A stretch of 64,000 bases of DNA from a bacterium (GTDB lineage Bacteria; UBA8248). Location: positions 2,752,001 through 2,816,000 of the forward strand of contig CBDBBI010000010.1 in NCBI GenBank assembly GCA_965202625.1, written 5' to 3'. The translations under genes were made by a program, and so were the position numbers. Positions 41,440 to 49,574 of the stretch are shown here, in pieces; position 1 is the stretch's first letter, and each line of letters opens with the position of its first letter. The notes under the pieces are model-generated. The model was not told the origin of the DNA. It searched no databases and saw only the letters and a list, made by a program, of their open reading frames with translations.

Positions 41440-42222
41440 ATGGACGTTCGACTGGACGGGAAGAAGGCGCTCATCACGGGCGGAAGCCGAGGAATGGGCC
41501 AGGGCATGGCGCGCAAATTCTCCGAAGCCGGCGCGGAGGTGGCCATCGTCGCGCGGCGGCCCGACGTGCTTGAGGAGACGAGGGAGGAGATCGAATCCGC
41601 CACCGGAGGAAGGGTTTTCGCCTATCGGTGCGATATGCGCGACGCCGGGAAAATCAAGGCTATGTGGGCCTCCGCGCTGGAGGATTTGGGACGAATCGAC
41701 ATTCTGGTGAACAACGCGGGCGCCTCTATCCTGGGTCCGTTTGAGGAGATCAGCGATGAAACGTGGGAGGAGGATTTGGGGCTTAAGCTCTTCGGCGCCA
41801 TCAGAACCTGTCGGCTCGCTTTTCCCGCGATGAAGGAGCGCCGCTGGGGCCGCATCATCAACGTCGTGACCGTGGCGGGCAAAGCGCCTCCGGCCGGCAG
41901 CGCGCCCACGTCGGTCTCGCGTGCCGCAGGGCTGGCGATGACCAAGGTGCTGGCGGGGGAGGGCGCACCCTACAACGTGCTGGTGAACGCGCTGTGCACG
42001 GGCCGCATCGTGACGGATCAGATCGCGCGACGCTACGAGCGGGAAAAACCGAACGTTTCCTTTGATGCATACGTTGCCGAGGCCGCGCGCGATATTCCTC
42101 TCGGCAGGATGGGAACGACCGAGGAATACGCCAACGTGGCGTGTTTTCTGGCGTCTGACGCCGCCTCCTACGTCACGGGGACGGCGGTGAACATCGACGG
42201 GGGATTTTGCGCGGTCGCGTAG
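41440..42222 (+). CDS. SDR family oxidoreductase
   Basis: TGGSRGMG, LVNNAG and DGG; the YxxxK motif is replaced by TSVSR. Confidence 0.9.
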   Translation: MDVRLDGKKALITGGSRGMGQGMARKFSEAGAEVAIVARRPDVLEETREEIESATGGRVFAYRCDMRDAGKIKAMWASALEDLGRIDILVNNAGASILGPFEEISDETWEEDLGLKLFGAIRTCRLAFPAMKERRWGRIINVVTVAGKAPPAGSAPTSVSRAAGLAMTKVLAGEGAPYNVLVNALCTGRIVTDQIARRYEREKPNVSFDAYVAEAARDIPLGRMGTTEEYANVACFLASDAASYVTGTAVNIDGGFCAVA

Positions 42223-42224
42223 AT

Positions 42225-43022
42225 TCAGGAATTTCCGCGCGTCAGTATTTCCCAGGAGATGCTGAGCAGGAACAACGCCGCCGCCGACACGACGATCGAT
42301 GGTCCCGCCGGCGTGTTCCACTGAATAGAGGCCCATAGCCCGACCATCACGGCGATGACGCCCGCCAGAATCGCGAGTATCGCCATCTGTTCGGGCGTTT
42401 TGGAGAATCGCCTCGCCGCCGCCGCCGGAATGATGAGCATGGAGGTGATCAGCAAAATCCCGATCAGTTTCATGGCGATGGCGATGATGAGGGCGATCAG
42501 CAGCATGAAGGTGAGTTGCACGCCGAAAGTCGATATGCCCTCGGCCGCCGCGATCTCTTCGTGCACGGTGATGGCGATCAGGTCGCGCCATATCCACGCG
42601 AGTGCGCACAGGGCCGCCGCGGCACCGACGTAGATCCACAGCAAATCCGCTGGACCGACCGCCAGAATGTCGCCGAAGAGATATCCCATCAGGTCCATCC
42701 GAAGCGTTTCCATGAGGCTGACGGCGATGATGCCGATGGAGAGTGCCGTGTGCGAGAGAACGCCCAGCAGCGTATCCGTCGGGAGTTTCCTCTGGCGTTG
42801 GAGCAGGAGCAGAACCAGCGCGAGGCCGACGCAGGCGGCCAGGGTGCCAAGCCGCAAGTCGATTCCGAAGGCGAACCCGAGCCCCACGCCGAGCAGAGCG
42901 GTGTGGGCCAGGGAATCTCCAAAATAGGCCATCTTGCGCCAGACGATGAAGCAGCCGACGGGGCCTGTGACGATGGCGACCCCGACTCCGCCCAGAAGAG
43001 CGCGAAGTATAAAGTCTTCCAT
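42225..43022 (-). CDS. znuB: Zinc ABC transporter permease
   Basis: GCFIVWRKMAYFGDSLAH, YLFGDIL and SMLIIPAAAAR. Confidence 0.92.
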   Translation of the reverse strand: MEDFILRALLGGVGVAIVTGPVGCFIVWRKMAYFGDSLAHTALLGVGLGFAFGIDLRLGTLAACVGLALVLLLLQRQRKLPTDTLLGVLSHTALSIGIIAVSLMETLRMDLMGYLFGDILAVGPADLLWIYVGAAAALCALAWIWRDLIAITVHEEIAAAEGISTFGVQLTFMLLIALIIAIAMKLIGILLITSMLIIPAAAARRFSKTPEQMAILAILAGVIAVMVGLWASIQWNTPAGPSIVVSAAALFLLSISWEILTRGNS

Positions 43023-43166
43023 CAGGCACTCCCGTGGGGATGATGGGTTTCCCTGTATTTCAGGACGTCCCCCCCTCTCGTCCGTGCGCCGCGCGTGATT
43101 CGAACGGGTCTGCGCATTTCGAGGTGTCCCCGCGTGTTTTCCGGAGAAGGTGAGGGGAGGACGTTC

Positions 43167-43775
43167 TCATTGAGGTGCTCCCAAGGTGAGGACGTCGTCG
43201 GAGAATTCCATGACGTTGTTGACGTCGTGTGAAACCATCAAGACTCCGCAGCCCCTGTTGTCCCTGATCTGGGGGATGAGGCTGTAGAACTCGGTTTGTC
43301 CGGCCATGTCCACGTTCTGGATGGGTTCGTCGAGAACGAGGAGTTCGGGGTTTCGCAGCAGGGCGCGGGCGATCAGGACGCGCTGGCGCTCGCCTCCGGA
43401 GAGGGTTCCAACGGCGTAATGCAGCAGGTTGGCGGCGCCTGTCTCCTCAAGACTCTCCTCCATTTGTTTTGGCGATGGCCTTTGCGTAAGGCTGAGCAGC
43501 CTGCGCACGGTGAGGGGAAGGGAGCGGTCCACCCCGAAAATTTGGGGCACGTAGCCGATGGTAAGTCCCTCTTTTCGGCGGACCTGGCCAGAATCAGGCT
43601 TGAGCAGCCCGAGCAGAACGCGAACGAGGGTGGTTTTGCCCGCCCCGTTGGGGCCGACGACGCAGAAAATTTCGTTCGCCGATATTTCGGCGTCTATCCT
43701 CTCGAGAATCGGCGCCCCGCCGAAGCGTAGATGAAGGTTTTTCGCGGAAATGAGAGGGGCCTGCGCATCACCCAT
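43167..43775 (-). CDS. znuC: Zinc ABC transporter ATP-binding protein (short C-terminus)
   Basis: GPNGAGKTT, IGYVPQ, LSGGERQR and VSHD. Confidence 0.85.
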   Translation of the reverse strand: MGDAQAPLISAKNLHLRFGGAPILERIDAEISANEIFCVVGPNGAGKTTLVRVLLGLLKPDSGQVRRKEGLTIGYVPQIFGVDRSLPLTVRRLLSLTQRPSPKQMEESLEETGAANLLHYAVGTLSGGERQRVLIARALLRNPELLVLDEPIQNVDMAGQTEFYSLIPQIRDNRGCGVLMVSHDVNNVMEFSDDVLTLGAPQ

Positions 43776-44253
43776 GGCTGCACTCCGGACACTGTCCCCT
43801 GATTTCCACCATCGGCGTTTCGACCTCAAAACCGGCCTGGATGGCGCTCGCTTCAATGGCCTCGCCAATTTTTTCGCTATGCGCCTCGGCCACGGCCCCG
43901 CAATTCCGGCAAATGAAGAACTGGGCCTCGTGGGCGTCCGTCGGCGTGGCACAGCCCACGAATGCGTTCAGACTTTCGATGCGGTGGATGAGGCCGTGCT
44001 TCAAGAGAAAATCCAGAGCCCGGTAGACCGTGGGCGGGGCGTTTCGCTCCCCGCCGGCGTTCATGCGTTCGAGCACGTCGTAGGCGCCCAGCGGCGCGTG
44101 GCTCTCCCAGATGATCTCCAACACCTGTCGCCTGAGCGGCGTAAGGTTGGCGTCTCGCTCGCCGCAAAGCGTCTCCGCTTGTTTGAGGGCGTTCTCGATG
44201 CAGACCCGGTGGTCGTGATCGCGCTCGGGAAAATGCTTTTTCGTGTCGGCCAT
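43768..44253 (-). CDS. zur: Zinc uptake regulator (Fur family)
   Basis: HDHRVC, PPTVYRALDFL and CxxC...CxxC; located in the znu locus. Confidence 0.9.
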   Translation of the reverse strand: MADTKKHFPERDHDHRVCIENALKQAETLCGERDANLTPLRRQVLEIIWESHAPLGAYDVLERMNAGGERNAPPTVYRALDFLLKHGLIHRIESLNAFVGCATPTDAHEAQFFICRNCGAVAEAHSEKIGEAIEASAIQAGFEVETPMVEIRGQCPECSHG

Positions 44254-44278
44254 GGAAAATTCCTTGACGAGTGAAATG

Positions 44279-44300
44279 GTAATGTTATATTATATCAAGA
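44279..44300. promoter_or_regulatory. Zur box
   Basis: AATGTTATATTATATCA between divergent zur and znuA resembles the AATGTTATAnTATAACATT consensus. Confidence 0.75.
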
Positions 44301-44354
44301 AATTTTCCTTGTCAACCTCCATCCTTGGGAGAAAGAATGAACTTGGGAGATGTA

Positions 44355-45341
44355 ATGAAGAGATGCGCTCTGGTTCTCATGTCCCTCACAATCGTCTTGT
44401 GCGCTCAGCCCGCACCCTCTGTGTCGGCGTCGCCTCCGGTGGCGGTCTCCATCAAACCGCTTCATTCGCTGGTCGCCGGCGTGATGCGCGGAGTCGGCGC
44501 GCCCGATCTGTTGATAAAGGGCGCCGCCTCGCCGCATACGTTCTCGCTGAAGCCATCGGACGCCAGAATGCTTGCGAGGGCGCGCGTGATTTTCTGGGTG
44601 GGCCATGCCCTCACCCCCGGATTGGAGCGGCCTCTCGAAACCCTTCCGAGAAAGGCGCGCGTCGTCGCTTTGGGCGAGGTGCCGGGCGTAAGGAGGCTGC
44701 AACTGAGAGAGGGCGGCTTGTGGGAGGGGGGGGCGCATCATCACGGCGATGCGGGCGCGCGGAAGGAGGAGGAGGGTGCCCACGATGATCATGAAAATTT
44801 TGACGCGCACCTCTGGCTCGACCCCATGAACGCCCGCAAGTGGGTGGACGTCGTCGCGCACGTATTGGGAGAGGCGGTGCCGGAGAACAAGGAAAAATAC
44901 GAGGCGAACGCGCGCAATCTCAAGGCCCGCATTGACGCCCTGCATGAGGAGCTGGGGCGCGCGCTCAAGCCCCTCCAGGGCGCCCCCTACGTCGTCTTTC
45001 ATGATGCGTATCAATATCTGGAGAGGCGCTACGGGTTGCAGCCCATCGGTTCGGTGGCACTGTCTCCCGAGACAAAGCCGGGCACGGCGCGCTTGCTGGA
45101 GATTCGCAGGAAGGTCAGGAACTCGCAATCGGTTTGCGTGTTCACCGAGCCGCAGTTTCCGCCCAGGCTGGTGGAAACCATCGTTCAGGGCACGGGGGCG
45201 AAAACCGGAGTGCTGGATCCGCTGGGAGCGGGCATCCCTGCGGGAGAGGACGCCTATTTCATCCTCATGCGCGACATGGCGCAATCGCTCAAAGCGTGTC
45301 TTTCTCTGAATAAGAGAGGCGCGAGGGCGGCTTCGGGATGA
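44355..45341 (+). CDS. znuA: Zinc ABC transporter substrate-binding protein
   Basis: SIKPLHSLV, ASPH, a His-rich loop, HLWLDP and FHDAYQY. The start could be 44337. Confidence 0.92.
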   Translation: MKRCALVLMSLTIVLCAQPAPSVSASPPVAVSIKPLHSLVAGVMRGVGAPDLLIKGAASPHTFSLKPSDARMLARARVIFWVGHALTPGLERPLETLPRKARVVALGEVPGVRRLQLREGGLWEGGAHHHGDAGARKEEEGAHDDHENFDAHLWLDPMNARKWVDVVAHVLGEAVPENKEKYEANARNLKARIDALHEELGRALKPLQGAPYVVFHDAYQYLERRYGLQPIGSVALSPETKPGTARLLEIRRKVRNSQSVCVFTEPQFPPRLVETIVQGTGAKTGVLDPLGAGIPAGEDAYFILMRDMAQSLKACLSLNKRGARAASG

Positions 45342-45369
45342 AGGAGGGCGCGCCTGGAGAGCGCCGCCT

Positions 45370-46119
45370 TCACCGCCCGGTTGCGGGCTGGGTTCTGACG
45401 TGTCCTGCGCGTTTTGAGCCCGCAGGATAGGGGCAGATCGCGCGAAGCGGGCATTCGACGCATTTCGGCCTGGGGCGGCAGCAGGAGTGTCCCAGGCGCA
45501 CGAGCAGGGCGTGGTATTCGTTGAAGAGAGCGGGGTCTCGGGGCAGATGGGCCATGAAACTCTCTTGTAAGGAGAGATAATCCCGTTTTGCGTTTTTTGA
45601 TTCCTCGAAATGCCCAAGCCGGGCGAATATGCGCTTCGTATAGGCGTCCACCACGAACACCGCGCGGCCGGCGGCGTAGAGCGTGATGGAGTCCGCCGTC
45701 TCGTGCCCGACTCCATCGAGGCGCAAGAGTTTCTCGCGCAACTCTTTTGTGGGCAGACCCAGGAAGTTGTCCACGTCGCCTTCGTGGTGCTTCCATAGAT
45801 AAGAGATGAACCCCTTGAGTCTTTTGGCTTTCACGTTGAAGAAACGCGCGGGCCGGATGAGGCGGGAGAGGCGATCTGTCCGCACCCTTTTGAGTGCGCC
45901 CTCCGTGAGGAGGTCTTCTTTTTTCAGGTTTCCGATTGCGCGCGCCGCGTTCGTCCACGAGGTGTTCTGCACCAGAATGGCGCCCAGGCAGACCTCGAGC
46001 GTGGTGTCGCCTGGCCACCAGCCCTGCGGCCCGAAGCGGTCATACAGACGTTCATAGACGTCGATGAGGAGCTTCTGGCTGATTCTTGGTCCTCGGTTCA
46101 CAGAGTCTTTCCGGCACAC
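45370..46119 (-). CDS. Endonuclease III-related HhH-GPD glycosylase with a 4Fe-4S motif
   Basis: GPQGWWP, GAILVQNTSW, GVGHETAD, VVDAYT and C-x6-C-x2-C-x5-C. Confidence 0.88.
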   Translation of the reverse strand: MCRKDSVNRGPRISQKLLIDVYERLYDRFGPQGWWPGDTTLEVCLGAILVQNTSWTNAARAIGNLKKEDLLTEGALKRVRTDRLSRLIRPARFFNVKAKRLKGFISYLWKHHEGDVDNFLGLPTKELREKLLRLDGVGHETADSITLYAAGRAVFVVDAYTKRIFARLGHFEESKNAKRDYLSLQESFMAHLPRDPALFNEYHALLVRLGHSCCRPRPKCVECPLRAICPYPAGSKRAGHVRTQPATGR

Positions 46120-46594
46120 CTTCGCCTTTGCCCTCCCCTTGGTGTAGATTCCTCATTTTTATAGGGGCGACTTGCGTTTCGCAAAGGGCATGGGCGACTC
46201 CTGCGGGGTTTTGCGAGGCGCAGGGCGGCACATATCGCCGATTTGAGTGCGCCCTCCGTGAGGAGGTCTTCTTTTTTCAGGTTTCCGATTGCGCGCGCCG
46301 CGTTCGTCCACGAGGTGTTCTGCACCAGAATGGCGCCCAGGCAGACCTCGAGCGTGGTGTCGCCTGGCCACCAGCCCTGCGGCCCGAAGCGGTCATACAG
46401 ACGTTCATAGACGTCGATGAGGAGCTTCTGGCTGATTCTTGGTCCTCGGTTCACAGAGTCTTTCCGGCACACCTTCGCCTTTGCCCTCCCCTTGGTGTAG
46501 ATTCCCCATTTTTATAGGGGCGACTTGCGTTTCGCAAAGGGCATGGGCGACTCCTGCGGGGTTTTGCGAGGCGCAGGGCGGCGCATATCGCCGA
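45889..46594. repeat. 353-bp direct tandem duplication (45889-46241 and 46242-46594)
   Basis: The copies match apart from 2 substitutions that I could see; ORFs 45370-46119 and 46098-46472 share an identical N-terminus. Confidence 0.95.
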
Positions 46595-46674
46595 ATTCGG
46601 TTGGGGGACGGCCCCCCTCGCAGCCCCGAGGTGGTTTTGCGCAAGGGCACAGCCTGGACGCATGGGGAGTTTTG

Positions 46675-47640
46675 ATGAAAAAAGGGGCGAGAATTCTTGT
46701 GTGCGACTGCGCCGGCGTGAAGAGCGGGGAGGACGTTCTGATCGTCACCGATTCGGAGCGTCTCGCCATCGCGCAGGCACTTTGCGCTGCGGCGCAAGAG
46801 AAAGGCGCTCGGGCGGCGATAATCGTCTGCCCGCCCGGGCGCATCGACAACGAGGAGCCGCAGCAGGCCGTGGCGGAGGCCATGCGCGCCTCCGACGCCG
46901 TGTTTCTGCCCATCACCCACGCCCTCGCCCATACGCGCGCCACGCGGGAAGCGATAGGTGCGGGTGCGCGCGTGCTTTCGATGACGGCGTTCACCCCTCG
47001 CCAGATGAAAGAAGGCGGGCTGATGGCGGATTTCAGGGCGAGAAAGCCGCTTTGCGACGCCCTCGCGTCGCTTTTGAGCGAGGCGCGGGAGGTGCGCATC
47101 ACCAACCCGGCGGGCACCGAACTTTCCCTCAGCGTCGAGGGGCGCGCGGGCAACAGCCACGCTTGCGTTCTCGACGGCGCGGGCTTCACCGCCGTTCCGA
47201 ACGTTGAGGCCAACGTATCGCCTCTGGAGGGGACGACGAGAGGGGTGCTCCGGGTGGATGGCAGCATTCCGTATTACGGCGTGGGCGTCATCGAGGCGCC
47301 GGTGACTTTTCGGATGGAGGGCGGTTTCGTTCGGGAAATATATGGCGGGCGGCAGGCCGATTTCCTGCGCGGGCTTCTCGCCGCCCAGAACGACGAATGG
47401 GTATACAACGTCGCGCAGTTCGCGATCGGCTTGAACCCCGAGTGCAGGGATTTCACCGGCGAGATGCTCAACGACGAGGGCGTGAACGGCACGATTCACA
47501 TCGGAATCGGAACCTCCGCCAACCTGGGGGGTGCCGTGCAGGCGAAAACCCATTTCGACGCCGTCATCAGGGAGCCCTCGGTCTGGTTCGACGATGCGCC
47601 CATCGTTGAGAATGGCGAGATATTGCTGGATGCGGAGTGA
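46675..47640 (+). CDS. M29-like aminopeptidase / leucyl aminopeptidase homologue
   Basis: GEDVLIVTD, PAGTELS, AQFAIGLNP, DEG..GTIHIGIG and HFD. Confidence 0.8.
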   Translation: MKKGARILVCDCAGVKSGEDVLIVTDSERLAIAQALCAAAQEKGARAAIIVCPPGRIDNEEPQQAVAEAMRASDAVFLPITHALAHTRATREAIGAGARVLSMTAFTPRQMKEGGLMADFRARKPLCDALASLLSEAREVRITNPAGTELSLSVEGRAGNSHACVLDGAGFTAVPNVEANVSPLEGTTRGVLRVDGSIPYYGVGVIEAPVTFRMEGGFVREIYGGRQADFLRGLLAAQNDEWVYNVAQFAIGLNPECRDFTGEMLNDEGVNGTIHIGIGTSANLGGAVQAKTHFDAVIREPSVWFDDAPIVENGEILLDAE

Positions 47641-48032
47641 TGCGCGAAGTTTTCCCCATTCGCCCGCGCCGGCGCGCTGTCGATTTTTCTGCGGATACCC
47701 GAGAATCCGCCGATCCCATCCCCGCGCGCGGGTTTTCCGACTTCACCGAAAGCGCTTCCAACGTCTCCCACACGCCCGTTGGGGTGAGCGGGTGCGTCAC
47801 CCCGTTCACCCTGCTGGAGAAAACGATATGCAGGGATTCAGGCGGGGTCGGAAAATTCAGGGGAGGATGCGGACAGAGGATCGTGTTCAGGAACGATTCG
47901 CCCGCCCGCATCGCGGTGTCGTTCATGGCGGAGCACACGAAATCGCGCGCGCGGGGTCAGGTGCGCGTCAACGATGATACCCTCGCGCTCATCACGCCGG
48001 GCGGCGGGGGATATGGGGAGGAGGGGCGGTGA
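47637..48032 (+). pseudogene. Collapsed hydantoinase B/oxoprolinase remnant
   Basis: Only C-terminal motifs (DSGGVGKFRGGCG, TPGGGGYG) remain in 131 aa; the family is normally over 500 aa. Confidence 0.65.
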
Positions 48033-48460
48033 AGATTTCCCTCAAGGAGGAAGAGTGGCGCTTCGTCCAAAACGCGCGCGTGGGGCGACTGGCGACGGCC
48101 GATGCGGAGGGTGTGCCTCACGTCGTGCCCGTGGTTTTCGCGGTGGTCGATGAGAAGATATACATCCCTGTGGACGGCAAGCAGAAAAAGGACGCCGAGC
48201 GTCTGAAGCGTCTCGAAAATATACGGGTGAACGAGAAAGTTTCCTTCCTGGTGGATCGCTATGAGGACGATTGGGCGAACCTTGGCTTCGTGATGCTCTT
48301 TGGCACCGCCGCCATCATCCGCGCCGGGGCGGATGCCGCTTACGAAAGGGCGGCGGAGGGCTTGAGGGGGAAGTATTCACAATACCGGGGCCTCATCGCA
48401 CTTCATCAATGGATGATAGAGATAAAACCGCATCGGGGCACGTCCTGGGGGGCGATTTAA
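48029..48460 (+). CDS. PPOX-class flavin/F420-binding oxidoreductase
   Basis: ARVGRLATAD, PHVVPV, LKRLENI and VDRYEDDW. Confidence 0.85.
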   Translation: MKISLKEEEWRFVQNARVGRLATADAEGVPHVVPVVFAVVDEKIYIPVDGKQKKDAERLKRLENIRVNEKVSFLVDRYEDDWANLGFVMLFGTAAIIRAGADAAYERAAEGLRGKYSQYRGLIALHQWMIEIKPHRGTSWGAI

Positions 48461-48560
48461 GCGCGCCTGCTCTTGTCCAATCACTCCTGCGGATATTCTC
48501 GTTTTCTTTCACGCACGGGGCGAGAATCCTGCTGGAGAGCAAATCTGGGGGCCAAGAAAA

Positions 48561-49574
48561 TCAATATGTTACAGTCACAAGGACTGTGTCCCTATAGGTT
48601 CCGGTCCCCGGCGTTGGCTGTGGGGGTACCCGGCCATATCCTGTGTAAGATTGGGGCGAACCATCGCCTCTGCCGGATTGGGTGTTGACGCCAATCGTGT
48701 CTCCCCACGGTAAGGTGCGTGCGGCGTCCTGGTAGATCGCGTAGGTGATCTCTTCTCCGGCCCGTCTCATTTTGCGCAATTCCGGGTTAACGGCCCCGCT
48801 CATGCCGCCACTCAGGCCGATGGAATAATCTACGCCGAAGGTGCAGGTCACATCAATGGAGTTTGTGGTATCAACGTTCGCATCCAGCAGGCCCTCGGTG
48901 CCGAAATCCATTCTGGACGCCGTGACCCTGCACGTTGCGATATTTTGGGCTTCCACCGTGAAACCCGGCCGAGTGCTGAACGTGCTGTCTCCTACCTCGC
49001 AAACGGTCGCCCTGTTGAATCCATAGGTAGTGAAGGTGTGAGTCATGCCAGCGAAAATCGAAAGGTAGCGGCCAGCGGGCAGCCTGGGTTGGTCGTTAGC
49101 GATTTGATAACGCATGACCCGGGCTACGCTGCCTATGCCTTGTGAATTGAGAAGGACCTCGACTATTGGCGGTCTCAGCCCGCCAAGGCCCGTGAGGAAC
49201 GAGCCCCAGCTAGTGGTATGCTCGGCATTCTGGAACAAGCCGTAACGCATCAGATGTCTGATACCCGGCGGGAGGTCTGGCCCCCGCATACGCCGCGGAT
49301 GGCCGCTCGGTGCGGGGCCGCCGCCTCCGGGTCCGATATTCGGACACACGTAAACCGTCCGTCCCGCGTTTACGACCCCGCCGGTGCAGCGTATGTTCAT
49401 GTTTCCCGTGGTTCGGTACCGCTGGCGGAGGGTGACGTCGATCGGCCCGAAATCGATATCATCAATACTGATCTGACAGTTCTGGGCACTGGCCCGATCC
49501 GCGGACGCGATGATCAGCAGACCGGCGAGTACGCACATCGCGGTCGCCTGCAGAAGCAGAACCTTTACAGACAT
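48561..49574 (-). CDS. Csu-type pilus tip adhesin with two spore coat U domains (CsuE-like)
   Basis: Signal peptide, two C...(I/M)DFG domains and terminal YGRVP...GTYRDTVLVTVTY. Confidence 0.85.
   Translation of the reverse strand: MSVKVLLLQATAMCVLAGLLIIASADRASAQNCQISIDDIDFGPIDVTLRQRYRTTGNMNIRCTGGVVNAGRTVYVCPNIGPGGGGPAPSGHPRRMRGPDLPPGIRHLMRYGLFQNAEHTTSWGSFLTGLGGLRPPIVEVLLNSQGIGSVARVMRYQIANDQPRLPAGRYLSIFAGMTHTFTTYGFNRATVCEVGDSTFSTRPGFTVEAQNIATCRVTASRMDFGTEGLLDANVDTTNSIDVTCTFGVDYSIGLSGGMSGAVNPELRKMRRAGEEITYAIYQDAARTLPWGDTIGVNTQSGRGDGSPQSYTGYGRVPPQPTPGTGTYRDTVLVTVTY

Noticed and set aside
46500-46660. Cluster of short GC hairpins as a MITE or ncRNA
   Set aside because: I saw no terminal inverted repeats with target duplication and no other copy apart from the tandem duplication.
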